From Saprolegnia diclina VS20 (Eukaryota), in the NCBI RefSeq assembly GCF_000281045.1, contig NW_008246100.1:145385-209384 (forward strand): a DNA stretch of 64,000 bases. Direction: 5' to 3'. Shown here one piece after another: positions 45,646-56,192 of this stretch. Made by a program: the position numbers and the translations under genes. The notes beneath the pieces were generated by a model. The model did no database searches. It saw only the letters and a list, made by a program, of their open reading frames with translations, and had not been told where the DNA came from. Each line of letters opens with the position of its first letter. Position 1 is the stretch's first letter.

Positions 45646-47108
45646 GGTTGAGACTTGGTGTTTTGGAGAATGAGCGGAGATGAAGGACTGGTTGAGAGCT
45701 CCACGAGGAGCATACTGAACCCAAATGATGGCCCCATCGCGCGCTGTGATTGGCCATTAAAATAGGGATTTTCGAGAAGATTCTGCTCGTACGCGATCCC
45801 ATTGGCCAGCTCCTTTTCGTCAACAGCAAAAATTAGGATTGATGGTCTCTATAGTAGAATGATGGTAGATACGACCCTCATACAAAGAAGGAGACACGCG
45901 TTCGAGGCAACTCGGCAAGCGCGACGCTCCCGAGACGACACGTCATCACCAAGCGCCAAGCGATGGGCAAAGTCAGCCCAACGTATAGGATTCTGCGAGT
46001 GAATTGGTTCTCCGAGGCGTTCATGCTGAACGTACAACGCGCTACAAGGCACGTCGTTGCGTCGCTGCTGATCCTGATAGAGGTCCTTGCCAGGCAACAA
46101 CCATTGTTTTATTCTCTTGGGTCCTTGGGACAGACATCGCTCCTTCGCGTCGCAATCTTCGTACCGATAGCGCTTTCGTCGGGACATGTACCTGGTAGCT
46201 CGATTATATTGTACTAGTATCAGCGTCCTGCTGAGACTCTGAGTGAGATCCGCAAGCGCTGGCGCCTGTTGGGCCAGCGCATGATGGAAATCATCCTTGC
46301 CAACATTGCCACCGCCCGCTTCTTTGCCCCGCCCGAGTCACCATGTTTTTCAGGCCGCACCAAGCTCACGTTGCCGATCGTCCTGCACCGCGACCTCCAG
46401 TCGCTGACGCCGCCTCAGTCGCTCGCGTCTCTCGATAACCTCAAGAAACTGCGTAGCTTTAAGGCATCGTTCAGCAACCTTCTCCGAACACGATTTCTTT
46501 AACCATGATCCAGAAACTGCGTAGCTTTGCCGCCGACGGCGAAGCCCGCGAGGCCTTTACGAAGCGTGGGCCTCACCCGCGGCCAGAAGCGCCCCCGGGC
46601 GACTGCCGAAGACGAACGAGCCCCCGCATTGCCTCCTGCGCAGCCACGGCCCGACGAGCGAATGAAGAAAAAGGAGATTGCTAGTCTCTGCGTATGCAAA
46701 GTCTTTTAAGATACTCGAGTAGTCCGCCGAGTTCCTGCTACGTGTGTGTCTCTTAAAAACCGAATCGTCCATTCAAGGAGATGTTGATATTTCATAATCT
46801 TGGCAAATTGTTTGAGCTCGGATGGTGCGAGACCCCAAGAGAATAAGGCACAGCGTTTTCATTCCTACGCACCTGTGTGATCGCTCATGACCAGGGGTCA
46901 ATAAACGCTGTGGACTCTCGCAACCCAGCCAACCGTGTCTTCTTCCACCGATATCGCGCGTACCAAAGCCGCAAACGAGTTGTTCGAGGAGCGTGATGTT
47001 CCACTCACTGCGTCCTCGGCATCGCAGGGCAATATCGTTCCATCTTGGAAGACTAAGCTCTTATCGCAGCTGCATCCTGCGCATGAGCATATCTCGATTT
47101 ACCTCATA

Positions 47109-47937
47109 ATGCGCGCTACGGCTTTCCTCCTCTCGTCCTTTGTCGCGTCCGTGAGCGCGTGCCCCGACGGCCATCTCCTCACGTCCAAGCCGGCGCTGTG
47201 TGGCAACCTCTGCCCGCTCCAAGGCGGCGCCAAGGCGCAAAGCTGCGTGTACTACCCAAGCAACCTCAGCGACTTCAAGTGCGAACAGTCGTCGCTGGGG
47301 ACGTGTGTCAACAGCACGGCCGAGACAGGCTGCGCTCTCAAGTGCCTCAACAACAACTGGGCTGTCAACGGGTCCTATACGATTGGCATCCGCGGTGCCA
47401 TGGGCTCGTTTGGTCGCTCCGAGCCCATTCGCGTCGTCCAAGGGTACCGCGCGGCCAACATTTCAGAGCTGTACGTCCGCCTCTGTCACTCATGCAAGAG
47501 CTTGATGGTCTGTAGCGTTTTGAAAAACTTCAACGCGGAGAAGTACGACCTGAGCCTCCTCGACGGCGCATTCACTAAGTCCAAGCTCAAGTCCTTGTAG
47601 GGAGATCTATCTTGTTGCGAGATATGTGATGATGGCTCATGCGTACACATGCTGCACATATAGGTGGATCGAGAACGTCAAGCTATCGCTGCAAGAGCAC
47701 GTCTTCCCCCCGCATGTCGAGTCGCTTGTGCTCCGCAACGCTGGCGTGCGTTGGATCCCGAAAGAGGTGTTTGGGCTCAAGCGGCTCAAGACACTGTACG
47801 GCGCTTTGACAATGACGAGCAACGACGATGTCACTGTGTCTAGGGAGATTACGGGGCAGTACCTCGATACGACGCAGCTCTCGGCAGACGAGAAGGCGTT
47901 CCTTGCCAACGTCAACTGCACGTTCCCAGCCAACTAA
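47109..47937 (+). CDS. Secreted Cys-rich protein with C-terminal LRR-like repeats (4 exons)
   Basis: Signal peptide MRATAFLLSSFVASVSA; Cys-rich N-half; LKSLWIEN, VESLVLRNAGVRWIP and LKTLEITG repeats; introns near 47471, 47597 and 47796. Confidence 0.7.
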
Positions 47938-49330
47938 AGCGTCGTCGTGGCAACGCGTTGACCATTTTGCATTTTTGCCGATTTTATACATGCCCCCTTG
48001 ATGTTGCATTGGCATATTCGTCTGAAGCTGGTTTCAACGCATTGTACCTGACGTCAGTCATGGCAAGGCCCTACATTATGACCGTGCTCTTGGGGACGTA
48101 AATTGCCACCACGCGAACAAGTAGGTAGCGACAGAAGAATAGGACTAGTACGCAAGAGTGGACTACTAGCAGCGCTGCGGCCACGTCAAAGCGGCGCGAT
48201 GCCGGCGTGCGCAAAGAGACGCGGACCGAGCAGCATTCGGCAAAGCGCCCGAAAAAGAGTAGCGGGACAGGCCAGAAGGGCGTACGGAGTACACGTGAAA
48301 TCATTGCCGAGCAGCAGCCCGGTCCTACGCCAGCGCCGCAGCATGCGGGCTATTGGACTTGGACCCGAACGTCCGACCTTGCGGTGCGACAAGGTCGAAA
48401 CGTGCCAGCCGTCTGCACACCAGAACACCAGGTGCATCGGCGACCATAATGAGTGACGAGCACTTTGCGTCTCTCGCGTGGTCGAATAAAGAGCCAAGGA
48501 TACACCACTGAGGATACACTGCCCGCGCGCCAGAAGGCTCGGTCATTGTCAGGATAGTGCGACCTGGTCGACGGCAACGTTGCTGGCCATGGACTATTAA
48601 CTAATTTTCCAAGGTCGACTAATCACGGCAGACCAATCTGTTGGCAGACATTCGAGATGCAGTGTACGAGCGTTGGCCGTTCACGGCGGATGACCAACAA
48701 TCCTTCCCCCAAGACTTTATCATTCCAAACTAGGACACGGGTCACTCAACCGTACGAGGCATTGCGGTTGGTCGTTCGAATGCGGTTTATTTAAATTGGC
48801 CGCCGAGATGGCCGAGATGTGTCGTTTGACAAATCACGAGGCTACTTGAAGTCGACCAGCCTCATCTCTCTCGCCTGCTACAGCTGCCTGCTACCCATCG
48901 TGCCCGCGACCGCTGAGCCGGCGTTGTTGGATCCGGGTTCCTGATTCCAAATGTACCCACGCACGCCACATCTGCATACGTGTGCAGCGGGTGATATGGC
49001 GCAATTCCTTTTGTCCGACCTACGTGATTGGCACTCGCGAGGTTCCACGGCAAGTTGGCTCTGCGCCACCAGCTCCGTCTGCTTGTTCCATCCACTCGTT
49101 TGCTCAGGTTCCAGTAGCATCCGAGCCGCCCTTCGGTGCCATGTCGAGGCAATTTCGAGCTTCAAAATGCATCGTAGCAGTTTTCTACCGTTTGAGTCTT
49201 GTGAAAAAATGACTTGTGGACCTTGGTGTGCTCAAGTGGTGCTGTCATTTGTATTTGTGCGCCTGTATTGTCCAAATATTTATTTTACATTTTGTGTATA
49301 CTACCCACTGCCATGGGGTCAATTCAGAAT

Positions 49331-49461
49331 ACGAGGAACAGCTCAGTGGTAGAGCGCCAGAGAATCTGGCAAGTGGTCCCGGGTTCGATCCTGCGCAAAA
49401 GGGGTTTTTCCGATTGCCATTGTCATTTCACGTGTCGGGTTGAATCAGGACATGTCCTCGT
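49331..49461 (+). ncRNA. tRNA-Phe-derived structured element (pseudo-tRNA, SINE head or Pol III ncRNA)
   Basis: A-box/D-arm AGCTCAGTGGTAGAGC; stem GCCAGA-GAA-TCTGGC; B-box GGTTCGATCC; 5' ACGAGGA pairs with TCCTCGT at 49455-49461. Confidence 0.6.
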
Positions 49462-49731
49462 TTCGTGTATTTGTTTTCAGAGGTAACCTGAAAGCAGCGG
49501 TGGCCAGTGAATCTCGTCTTGTTATAGGCGGTGGCTTTGCTTTTTGCGCGCGCTGATTGGCCGAAAAAGCTGTTGCATAATCGCACATCGCGTTACGTGG
49601 GCTTCTCCGACGGGGTAGGGGATGCGCTCCGTCACGTGTGGCGCGGGGGTGCGATCCTAATTAGGCGAAATCCGGATCGGGTTGCAGAAAGATATCCACG
49701 GGCGTTGGTGATGATACTTTTTGGTTTCATT

Positions 49732-49747
49732 CTCATTCTCCAACTTG
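49732..49747 (+). promoter_or_regulatory. Oomycete INR+FPR core promoter of the CPS gene
   Basis: CTCATTCTCCAACTTG, 24 nt upstream of ATG 49771. Confidence 0.65.
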
Positions 49748-49770
49748 CGGCCAACTACACACATCACACA

Positions 49771-52700
49771 ATGCCCCGCACGAAGCGCTCTGCCTCCGAC
49801 GCCTCCGACGCGGCGAGCCCCACGGCCGCGAAGCGCGCCAACGTCGTCAACGCCCTCGAGGCCGCCGACGACGTCGAGCGCGGGACGCTCTTCTTGGATG
49901 ATGGCACGGCCATTGAAGGCTGCTCGTTCGGCGCCAAGAACTCGATGAGCGGCGAAGTCGTCTTCAACACGGGCATGGTCGGGTACCCGGAAGCGCTCTC
50001 GGACCCGTCGTACGCTGGCCAGATCCTCGTGCTCACGTTCCCGCTTGTCGGCAACTACGGCGTGCCCTCGATGGAGCTCGACCAGTTTGGCCTGCCCAAG
50101 AACTTTGAGTCGTCCAAGGTGCAGATCTCGGGCCTCATTGTCTCCGAGTACTCGTTCCAGCACTCGCATTGGAACGCGGTCACGTCGCTCGGCGACTGGC
50201 TCAAGTCGCACAACGTGCCGGCGCTCTTTGGCCTCGACACGCGCATGATCACCAAGAAGATCCGCGAGCATGGCTCGATGCTCGGCAAGATTGAGTTTGC
50301 GTCGATGCCCATCAAGATCGAAGACCCGAACAAGACGAACCTCGTGGCCAAGGTCTCGCCCAAGCAAATCCAGGTCTTCAACAAGGGCGCGTCGCCCAAG
50401 ATCCTCGCGTTCGACTGCGGCATGAAGCACAACATTGTGCGGTACCTCGCGGGTGCCGGCGTCGAGCTCACGGTCGTGCCGTTCGACTACGACCTCGAGA
50501 AGAGCACGCTCGAGTACGACGGTATCTTCATCTCGAACGGCCCCGGCGATCCGCTCATGGCGCAGAAGACGATCGACTCGATCCGGTGGGCCATCAACCG
50601 CGACGACGACGACATCAAGCCCATCTTTGGCATCTGCCTCGGTAACCAGATCCTCGCGCTCGCGGCCGGCGCCAAGACGTACAAGATGAAGTACGGTAAC
50701 CGCGGCATGAACCAGCCCTGCATTGACATGCGCACGACGCGCTGCTACATTACGCCGCAGAACCACGGGTACGCTGTCGAGACGGCGTCGCTTCCCACGG
50801 GCTGGAAGACGTTCTTCATGAACGCCAACGACCACTCGAACGAAGGCATCATCCACGAGCACAAGCCGTTCTTCTCGGTGCAGTTCCACCCCGAAGCATG
50901 CGGCGGCCCCACGGACACGGCGTTCCTCTTTGACATGTTCCTCGAGAAGGTCAAGGGCCAGCCGTCCAAGCTCACGCTCATGGACACGTCGCTCTACGAT
51001 CGCCCGACGTACCGCAAGGTGCTCCTCCTCGGGTCCGGCGGTCTCTCGATCGGCCAGGCCGGCGAATTCGACTACTCGGGCTCGCAGGCCATTAAGGCGC
51101 TCAAGGAAGAAGGCATCCAGGTCATCCTTGTCAACCCCAACATCGCGACGGTCCAGACCTCCAAGGGCCTCGCCGACAAGGTGTACTTTGTGCCGGTCCG
51201 CGCGAGCACGGTGCTCGAGATCATCAAGAAGGAGCGCCCAGACGGCATCCTTGTCTCGATGGGTGGTCAGACTGCGCTGAACGTCGGCATTGAGCTCTGG
51301 GAGAGCGGCGCGCTCGAAGCCCACAACGTCCGCGTCATGGGTACGCCGATCTCGGTCGTCATCGACACGGAAGACCGCGAACGCTTCAGCGAGCGCCTCG
51401 CCGAGATCGGCGAGACCATCGCCGTGAGCAAGCCGGCCAAGACGATCGACGAGGCTATTGCCGCGGCCAACGAGATTGGGTACCCGGTGCTTGTCCGCGC
51501 GGCGTTTGCCCTCGGCGGTCTCGGCTCGGGCTTTGCTGCCAACGACGAAGAGCTCACGACGCTCGCCAAGAAGGCGCTCTTTGGCGCCGGCTCCAAGGTC
51601 GCGGAGCGCCAGATCCTCATCGACCAGGACCTCCGCGGCTGGAAGGAAGTCGAGTACGAGGTCGTGCGCGATGCCAAGAACAACTGCATCACGGTCTGCA
51701 ACATGGAGAACTTTGACCCGCTCGGCATCCACACGGGCGACTCGATCGTCGTCGCGCCGTCGCAGACGCTGAGCAACGCCGAGTACTTCAAGCTCCGCCA
51801 GACCGCGCAAAAGGTCGTGCGCCACCTCGGCATCGTGGGCGAGTGCAACATCCAGTACGCGCTCGACCCGCACTCGGAGCGCTACTGCATCATTGAGGTC
51901 AACGCGCGTCTCTCGCGCTCGTCGGCGCTCGCGTCCAAGGCGACGGGCTACCCGCTCGCGTACGTGGCGGCCAAGATTGCGCTCGGCATCGACCTTGTCA
52001 ACATCAAGAACTCGATCACGAAGACGACGACCGCGTGCTTTGAGCCGTCGCTCGACTACTGCGTCGTCAAGATGCCCCGCTGGGACCTCAAGAAGTTCTC
52101 GCGCGTCTCGAACGACCTCGGCTCGTCGATGCTCAGTGTCGGCGAGGTCATGAGCGTCGGCCGCAACTTTGAAGAGTGCATCCAGAAGGCGGTGCGCATG
52201 GTCAACCCCAACTTGGACGGTCTCAACGGTCGCCCGGTCGACTACACGACCAAGACGTCCGAGATCGACGCCAACCTCAAGAAGCCGACGGACGAGCGCC
52301 TCTTCTACGTCATTGCGGCCCTTGACGCGGGCTACTCGGTCGACAAGGTCCACGAGCTCACCAAGATTGACCGCTGGTTCCTCTCCAAGCTGCACCACAT
52401 CTCGAGCCTCCGGAAGGGCATGAAGGCGTTTGGCGCGCTCGACAAGCTCACGGCGTCGCACTTCAAGACGCTCAAGACCTACGGTTTCTCGGACCGTCAG
52501 ATCGCGACCGAAGTCAAGTCGACGGAGCTCATTGTGCGCAACCGCCGAAAGTCGTTTGGCGTGCTTCCGTTCGTCAAGCAGATCGACACGCTCGCGGCCG
52601 AGTTCCCCGCGCAGACCAACTACCTCTACATGACGTACTCGGGCGCGGAAGACGACATCCCGATGGACGACCATGGCGTCATGGTGCTCGGCTGCGGCGC

Positions 52701-54276
52701 CTACTGCATTGGCTCGTCGGTCGAATTTGATTGGTGCGCCGTCTCGGCCGTGCGCACGATCCGCGAGCTCAACTACAAGGCGATCGTGGTCAACTACAAC
52801 CCGGAGACGGTCTCGACCGACTACGACGAGTCGGACCGCCTCTACTTTGAGGAGCTCAGCTTTGAGCGCGTCCTCGACATCTATGACCGGGAGAACGCGC
52901 ACGGTGTCATCGTCTCGGTCGGCGGGCAGATCCCCAACAACCTCTCGACACCGCTCTCCAAGTCGGGCGTCCGCATCCTCGGCACGTCGGCCGAATCGAT
53001 CGACCGCTGCGAAGACCGCAACAAGTTCTCGGCGCTCCTCGACACGATCGGCGTCGACCAGCCCAAGTGGACCGAAGTCACGGACGCGGCCTCAGCCGAG
53101 AACTTTGCCTCGGACGTCGGCTTCCCGGTGCTCGTGCGCCCGTCCTATGTGCTCTCGGGTGCTGGCATGGTCGTCACGTCCTGCGCCGAAGAGCTCCGCG
53201 ACTACCTCAACTCGCCCAACGTCGGTGGCAGCAGCAACATTTGCATTTCCAAGTTTATCCTGAACGCCAAGGAAGTCGAGTTTGACGGTGTCGCCAAGGA
53301 TGGCCAGATCCTCAACTACGCCATCTCGGAGCACGTCGAGAACGCCGGTGTGCACTCAGGTGACGCGACGCTCGTGCTCCCGGCCCAGAAGCTCTATGTC
53401 GGCACGATCAAGCAGGTCAAGCGCATTGCGAGCGCGATCGCGCGGTCGCTCAACATCACCGGCCCGTTCAACATCCAGCTCATGGCCAAGGAGAACGAAG
53501 TCAAGGTCATCGAGTGCAACCTCCGCGCGTCGCGCACGTTCCCGTTCATCTCCAAGACGTTCGACCTCAACTTTATCAACCTCGCGACGCGCGCGATGCT
53601 CGGCCTCGTCGTCAAGCCCGTCCCGATCGCGCTCATCGACATTGACTACGTGGCCGTCAAGGCGCCGCAGTTCTCGTTCACGCGCCTTCTTGGCGCGGAC
53701 CCGACGCTCGGTGTCGAGATGGCGTCGACGGGCGAAGTCGCCTGCTTCGGTACCGACATGCACGAGGCGTTCCTCAAGGCGCTCCTCTCGGCCGGCTTCA
53801 AGATGCCCAAGGAGAAGAAGTCGATTCTGATTTCGATCGGCAACGACGACATTAAGCACGAGTTCCTCGAGTCGTGCAAGGTCCTCGACAAGCTCAAGTA
53901 CAAGCTGTACGGCACGCCCGGCACGGCCGCGTACCTCCAGCAGCACGGCATCACGTGCGAAGTCCTCTTCAAGCCGAGCGCAAAGAAGGGCCCGAACGTC
54001 GTCGACGCGATCAAGAACGGCGACATTGAGCTCGTCATCAACGTGCCCGACTCGGGCAACCGCCAGGGCGCCTCGGACGGGTACCTCATCCGCCGCGCGT
54101 CGGTCGACTTTGGCATCTCGCTCATCAACAACATCAAGTGCGCCATCATGCTCACGACCGCGATGGAGAAGGTCAAGAAGCTCGAGATCTGCCACATTGG
54201 CGAGTACTACGCCATGCCGACGGTCGGCTGGAGCACGGGCAAGAACCTCCTCGCCCGCAAGATGTCGATTTGCTAA
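49771..54276 (+). CDS. Glutamine-dependent carbamoyl-phosphate synthetase, fused small+large chain, intronless
   Basis: GEVVFNTGMVGYPE; GATase GICLG and QFHPE; LGSGGLSIGQAGEFDYSG; two ATP-grasp halves; C-terminal MGS-like domain; no DHOase/ATCase, so not CAD. Confidence 0.97.
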   Translation: MPRTKRSASDASDAASPTAAKRANVVNALEAADDVERGTLFLDDGTAIEGCSFGAKNSMSGEVVFNTGMVGYPEALSDPSYAGQILVLTFPLVGNYGVPSMELDQFGLPKNFESSKVQISGLIVSEYSFQHSHWNAVTSLGDWLKSHNVPALFGLDTRMITKKIREHGSMLGKIEFASMPIKIEDPNKTNLVAKVSPKQIQVFNKGASPKILAFDCGMKHNIVRYLAGAGVELTVVPFDYDLEKSTLEYDGIFISNGPGDPLMAQKTIDSIRWAINRDDDDIKPIFGICLGNQILALAAGAKTYKMKYGNRGMNQPCIDMRTTRCYITPQNHGYAVETASLPTGWKTFFMNANDHSNEGIIHEHKPFFSVQFHPEACGGPTDTAFLFDMFLEKVKGQPSKLTLMDTSLYDRPTYRKVLLLGSGGLSIGQAGEFDYSGSQAIKALKEEGIQVILVNPNIATVQTSKGLADKVYFVPVRASTVLEIIKKERPDGILVSMGGQTALNVGIELWESGALEAHNVRVMGTPISVVIDTEDRERFSERLAEIGETIAVSKPAKTIDEAIAAANEIGYPVLVRAAFALGGLGSGFAANDEELTTLAKKALFGAGSKVAERQILIDQDLRGWKEVEYEVVRDAKNNCITVCNMENFDPLGIHTGDSIVVAPSQTLSNAEYFKLRQTAQKVVRHLGIVGECNIQYALDPHSERYCIIEVNARLSRSSALASKATGYPLAYVAAKIALGIDLVNIKNSITKTTTACFEPSLDYCVVKMPRWDLKKFSRVSNDLGSSMLSVGEVMSVGRNFEECIQKAVRMVNPNLDGLNGRPVDYTTKTSEIDANLKKPTDERLFYVIAALDAGYSVDKVHELTKIDRWFLSKLHHISSLRKGMKAFGALDKLTASHFKTLKTYGFSDRQIATEVKSTELIVRNRRKSFGVLPFVKQIDTLAAEFPAQTNYLYMTYSGAEDDIPMDDHGVMVLGCGAYCIGSSVEFDWCAVSAVRTIRELNYKAIVVNYNPETVSTDYDESDRLYFEELSFERVLDIYDRENAHGVIVSVGGQIPNNLSTPLSKSGVRILGTSAESIDRCEDRNKFSALLDTIGVDQPKWTEVTDAASAENFASDVGFPVLVRPSYVLSGAGMVVTSCAEELRDYLNSPNVGGSSNICISKFILNAKEVEFDGVAKDGQILNYAISEHVENAGVHSGDATLVLPAQKLYVGTIKQVKRIASAIARSLNITGPFNIQLMAKENEVKVIECNLRASRTFPFISKTFDLNFINLATRAMLGLVVKPVPIALIDIDYVAVKAPQFSFTRLLGADPTLGVEMASTGEVACFGTDMHEAFLKALLSAGFKMPKEKKSILISIGNDDIKHEFLESCKVLDKLKYKLYGTPGTAAYLQQHGITCEVLFKPSAKKGPNVVDAIKNGDIELVINVPDSGNRQGASDGYLIRRASVDFGISLINNIKCAIMLTTAMEKVKKLEICHIGEYYAMPTVGWSTGKNLLARKMSIC

Positions 54277-54610
54277 ACTCCCTTCTTTCCTATCGCTATA
54301 TACTACTGCTTGACACGATTTGCTATGTAATTTATACACCTTTGTACATTTCAACTTGATACTTTCGGTCGAAACCAAGCGCTACGAGGTCCCTTTCATG
54401 CGAGCGATACAAGCCAGTAGCAGAGAGTAGGGCATTTGGATGCAGCTTCAACCAAGGACTTGTCATTACTCCGTTGGCTACACCGCCATCACCACGAGCC
54501 AACACGGCGCTGGCGGAGGTCTGCGAACGCACTCAGATCTTGGTGGACCGGTTTCGGCTGTTGGTTACTAGCACCGCGAATAGACAGGCGGAGCCATTTT
54601 CAGTGGTCGC

Positions 54611-56166
54611 ATGCGGGCGCGGTCCGAGCGCGCACTTCCACGCGAGGGTCCTCGGCCGGGGGCCGCCCTCACCAACACGGCGGTCATCGAGCAGGACGTG
54701 ACCGACTTGGAGGTCGACGACAATGGCGCGCCCCAGCGCGTGAACGAGTACATCGTGGGCGAGGAGCTCGGCCGCGGTGCATTTGCGCGAGTGTACAAGT
54801 GCGCCAAGCTCGTCGACGGCCAAAGCTTGGAGTTTGCCATGAAGATCTTCAACAAGTCGCTCCTCAAGCGCAAGCAAGAATTCACGCGGGTCGCGGGCCG
54901 CATGGTCGCGACCAACGCCTTTCAGGTGCGCGCACGTGGGATTCGCCAGACGACATCCTTGACGTTTGTGTTTAGAAAGTGCAAAAGGAAATTGCAATCA
55001 TGAAGAAGCTGTGCCACCCGAATTTGACGCGGCTCCACGAAGTCATTGACTCACCCGAGGACGACAAGCTCTACTTGATTCTCAACGTCATCTCGGGCGG
55101 CCAGCTCCTCGATTTCGACAACCACGCAATGCGCTATCGCTATACGCGCGAGCCGGGCCCGACGGTCGACGAGAAGAGCGTCACGCCGCTCCGCGTCGTC
55201 CACGACTGCCTCGTGGACCTCGCGTCCGGCCTCGACTACTGTACGTCGTTGTGTACGTATCGCGTGCATATCGAGGGTTTGGGTAGTGCAACGGAATCTC
55301 ATTTGCCACCGCGACATCAAGCCCGAGGTTATGAACGGGCTCATTTGGTAAACTGATGAACATATTGTCGGTAGAACATTTTCGTGACCGACATGAGCGA
55401 GTACATTCTTGGCGACTTTGGCGTCGCCCACATGTTTGCCGAGCCGGGCCACGCGACGCTGCTCAAGAACACGGAAGGCACGTATCACTATCTCGCCCCC
55501 GAGTGTACCTCTGGTATGACAAGCGCTGAATGCGGCGTGCTTATGTCGCACGCAGGGGACGCCTTCGATCCATTCAAGGTCGACATATGGGCCGTTGGCG
55601 TCACGGTGTTTGCGATGGTGTATGGGACCTTGCCCTTCGGTATGGCCGTCACGGACGGTCCGCCGGGCGTCCTCCGCGCGATCCGAGAGGATCCTCTTGT
55701 GTTTCCGCACGAGATTGAGCCGCTGCTACACGACCTCCTCATGCAGCTTTTGGACAAGTCACCCGCGACGCGTATCAGCGTATTGTGCTTGTCATGCATG
55801 CAGCTCGCGTGTCATTTGGGCGTATGGTGTTAGATTTTGCAGCTGCTCGAGCACCCGTGGATCACAGTCGCAGCGTCGCGCAAGGCACCGAATCCGACCG
55901 AGTCGGTGACCGTCACCAGCGACGAGATTGCAAAAGCGTTCACCGCGTCGTACAAGCTCTTCCTCATGGTCAAACTCAAACTCAAACTGCACGCAAAACT
56001 CGCGCGCGCACGCAGCGCGCTCGCGGCCAAGCAGAGTGAAATTAGCACCGCGACAACAACAACAATCAACGAAGGCGTCAACCTAATCCGCCGACGCAGC
56101 ATGCGCAAAGTCTCGGACGCTGCGATCCCAGTCAGCGCAAGCGAGCCGTCGTGCCACGTCATGTAA
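54611..56166 (+). CDS. CaMKK-like Ser/Thr kinase (multi-exon)
   Basis: VNEY..LGRGAFARV, AMK, EIAIMKKL.HPN, HRDIKPEN, DFG, TEGTYHYLAPE, DIWAVGVT; C-terminal V.VT.DEI..AF basic helix. Confidence 0.88.
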
Positions 56167-56192
56167 CCGTCAAGTTTTGCAGTATCACTTTA

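Noticed and set aside
46269..46709. Short ORFs with a 17-bp direct repeat (AGAAACTGCGTAGCTTT near 46444 and 46513) and an HRDLQS segment
   Set aside because: Probably a decayed gene fragment; no other kinase motifs and no coherent gene model
49332..49405. Functional tRNA-Phe gene
   Set aside because: The anticodon loop is only 3 nt, the T-stem is mispaired and no adjacent 3' acceptor strand exists; kept only as a tRNA-derived element
49531..49770. 80-aa N-terminal extension of the CPS ORF, or an attenuator uORF
   Set aside because: Starts at a GTG and spans the promoter; INR+FPR at 49732-49747 places the TSS just before ATG 49771, leaving no room for a uORF
49657..52902. 1081-aa antisense ORF opposite CPS (also 30363-32306 opposite NOT3, 432-1307, 62865-63779 and many others)
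   Set aside because: Shadow ORFs caused by strong GC3 codon bias of the real gene; no recognisable motifs
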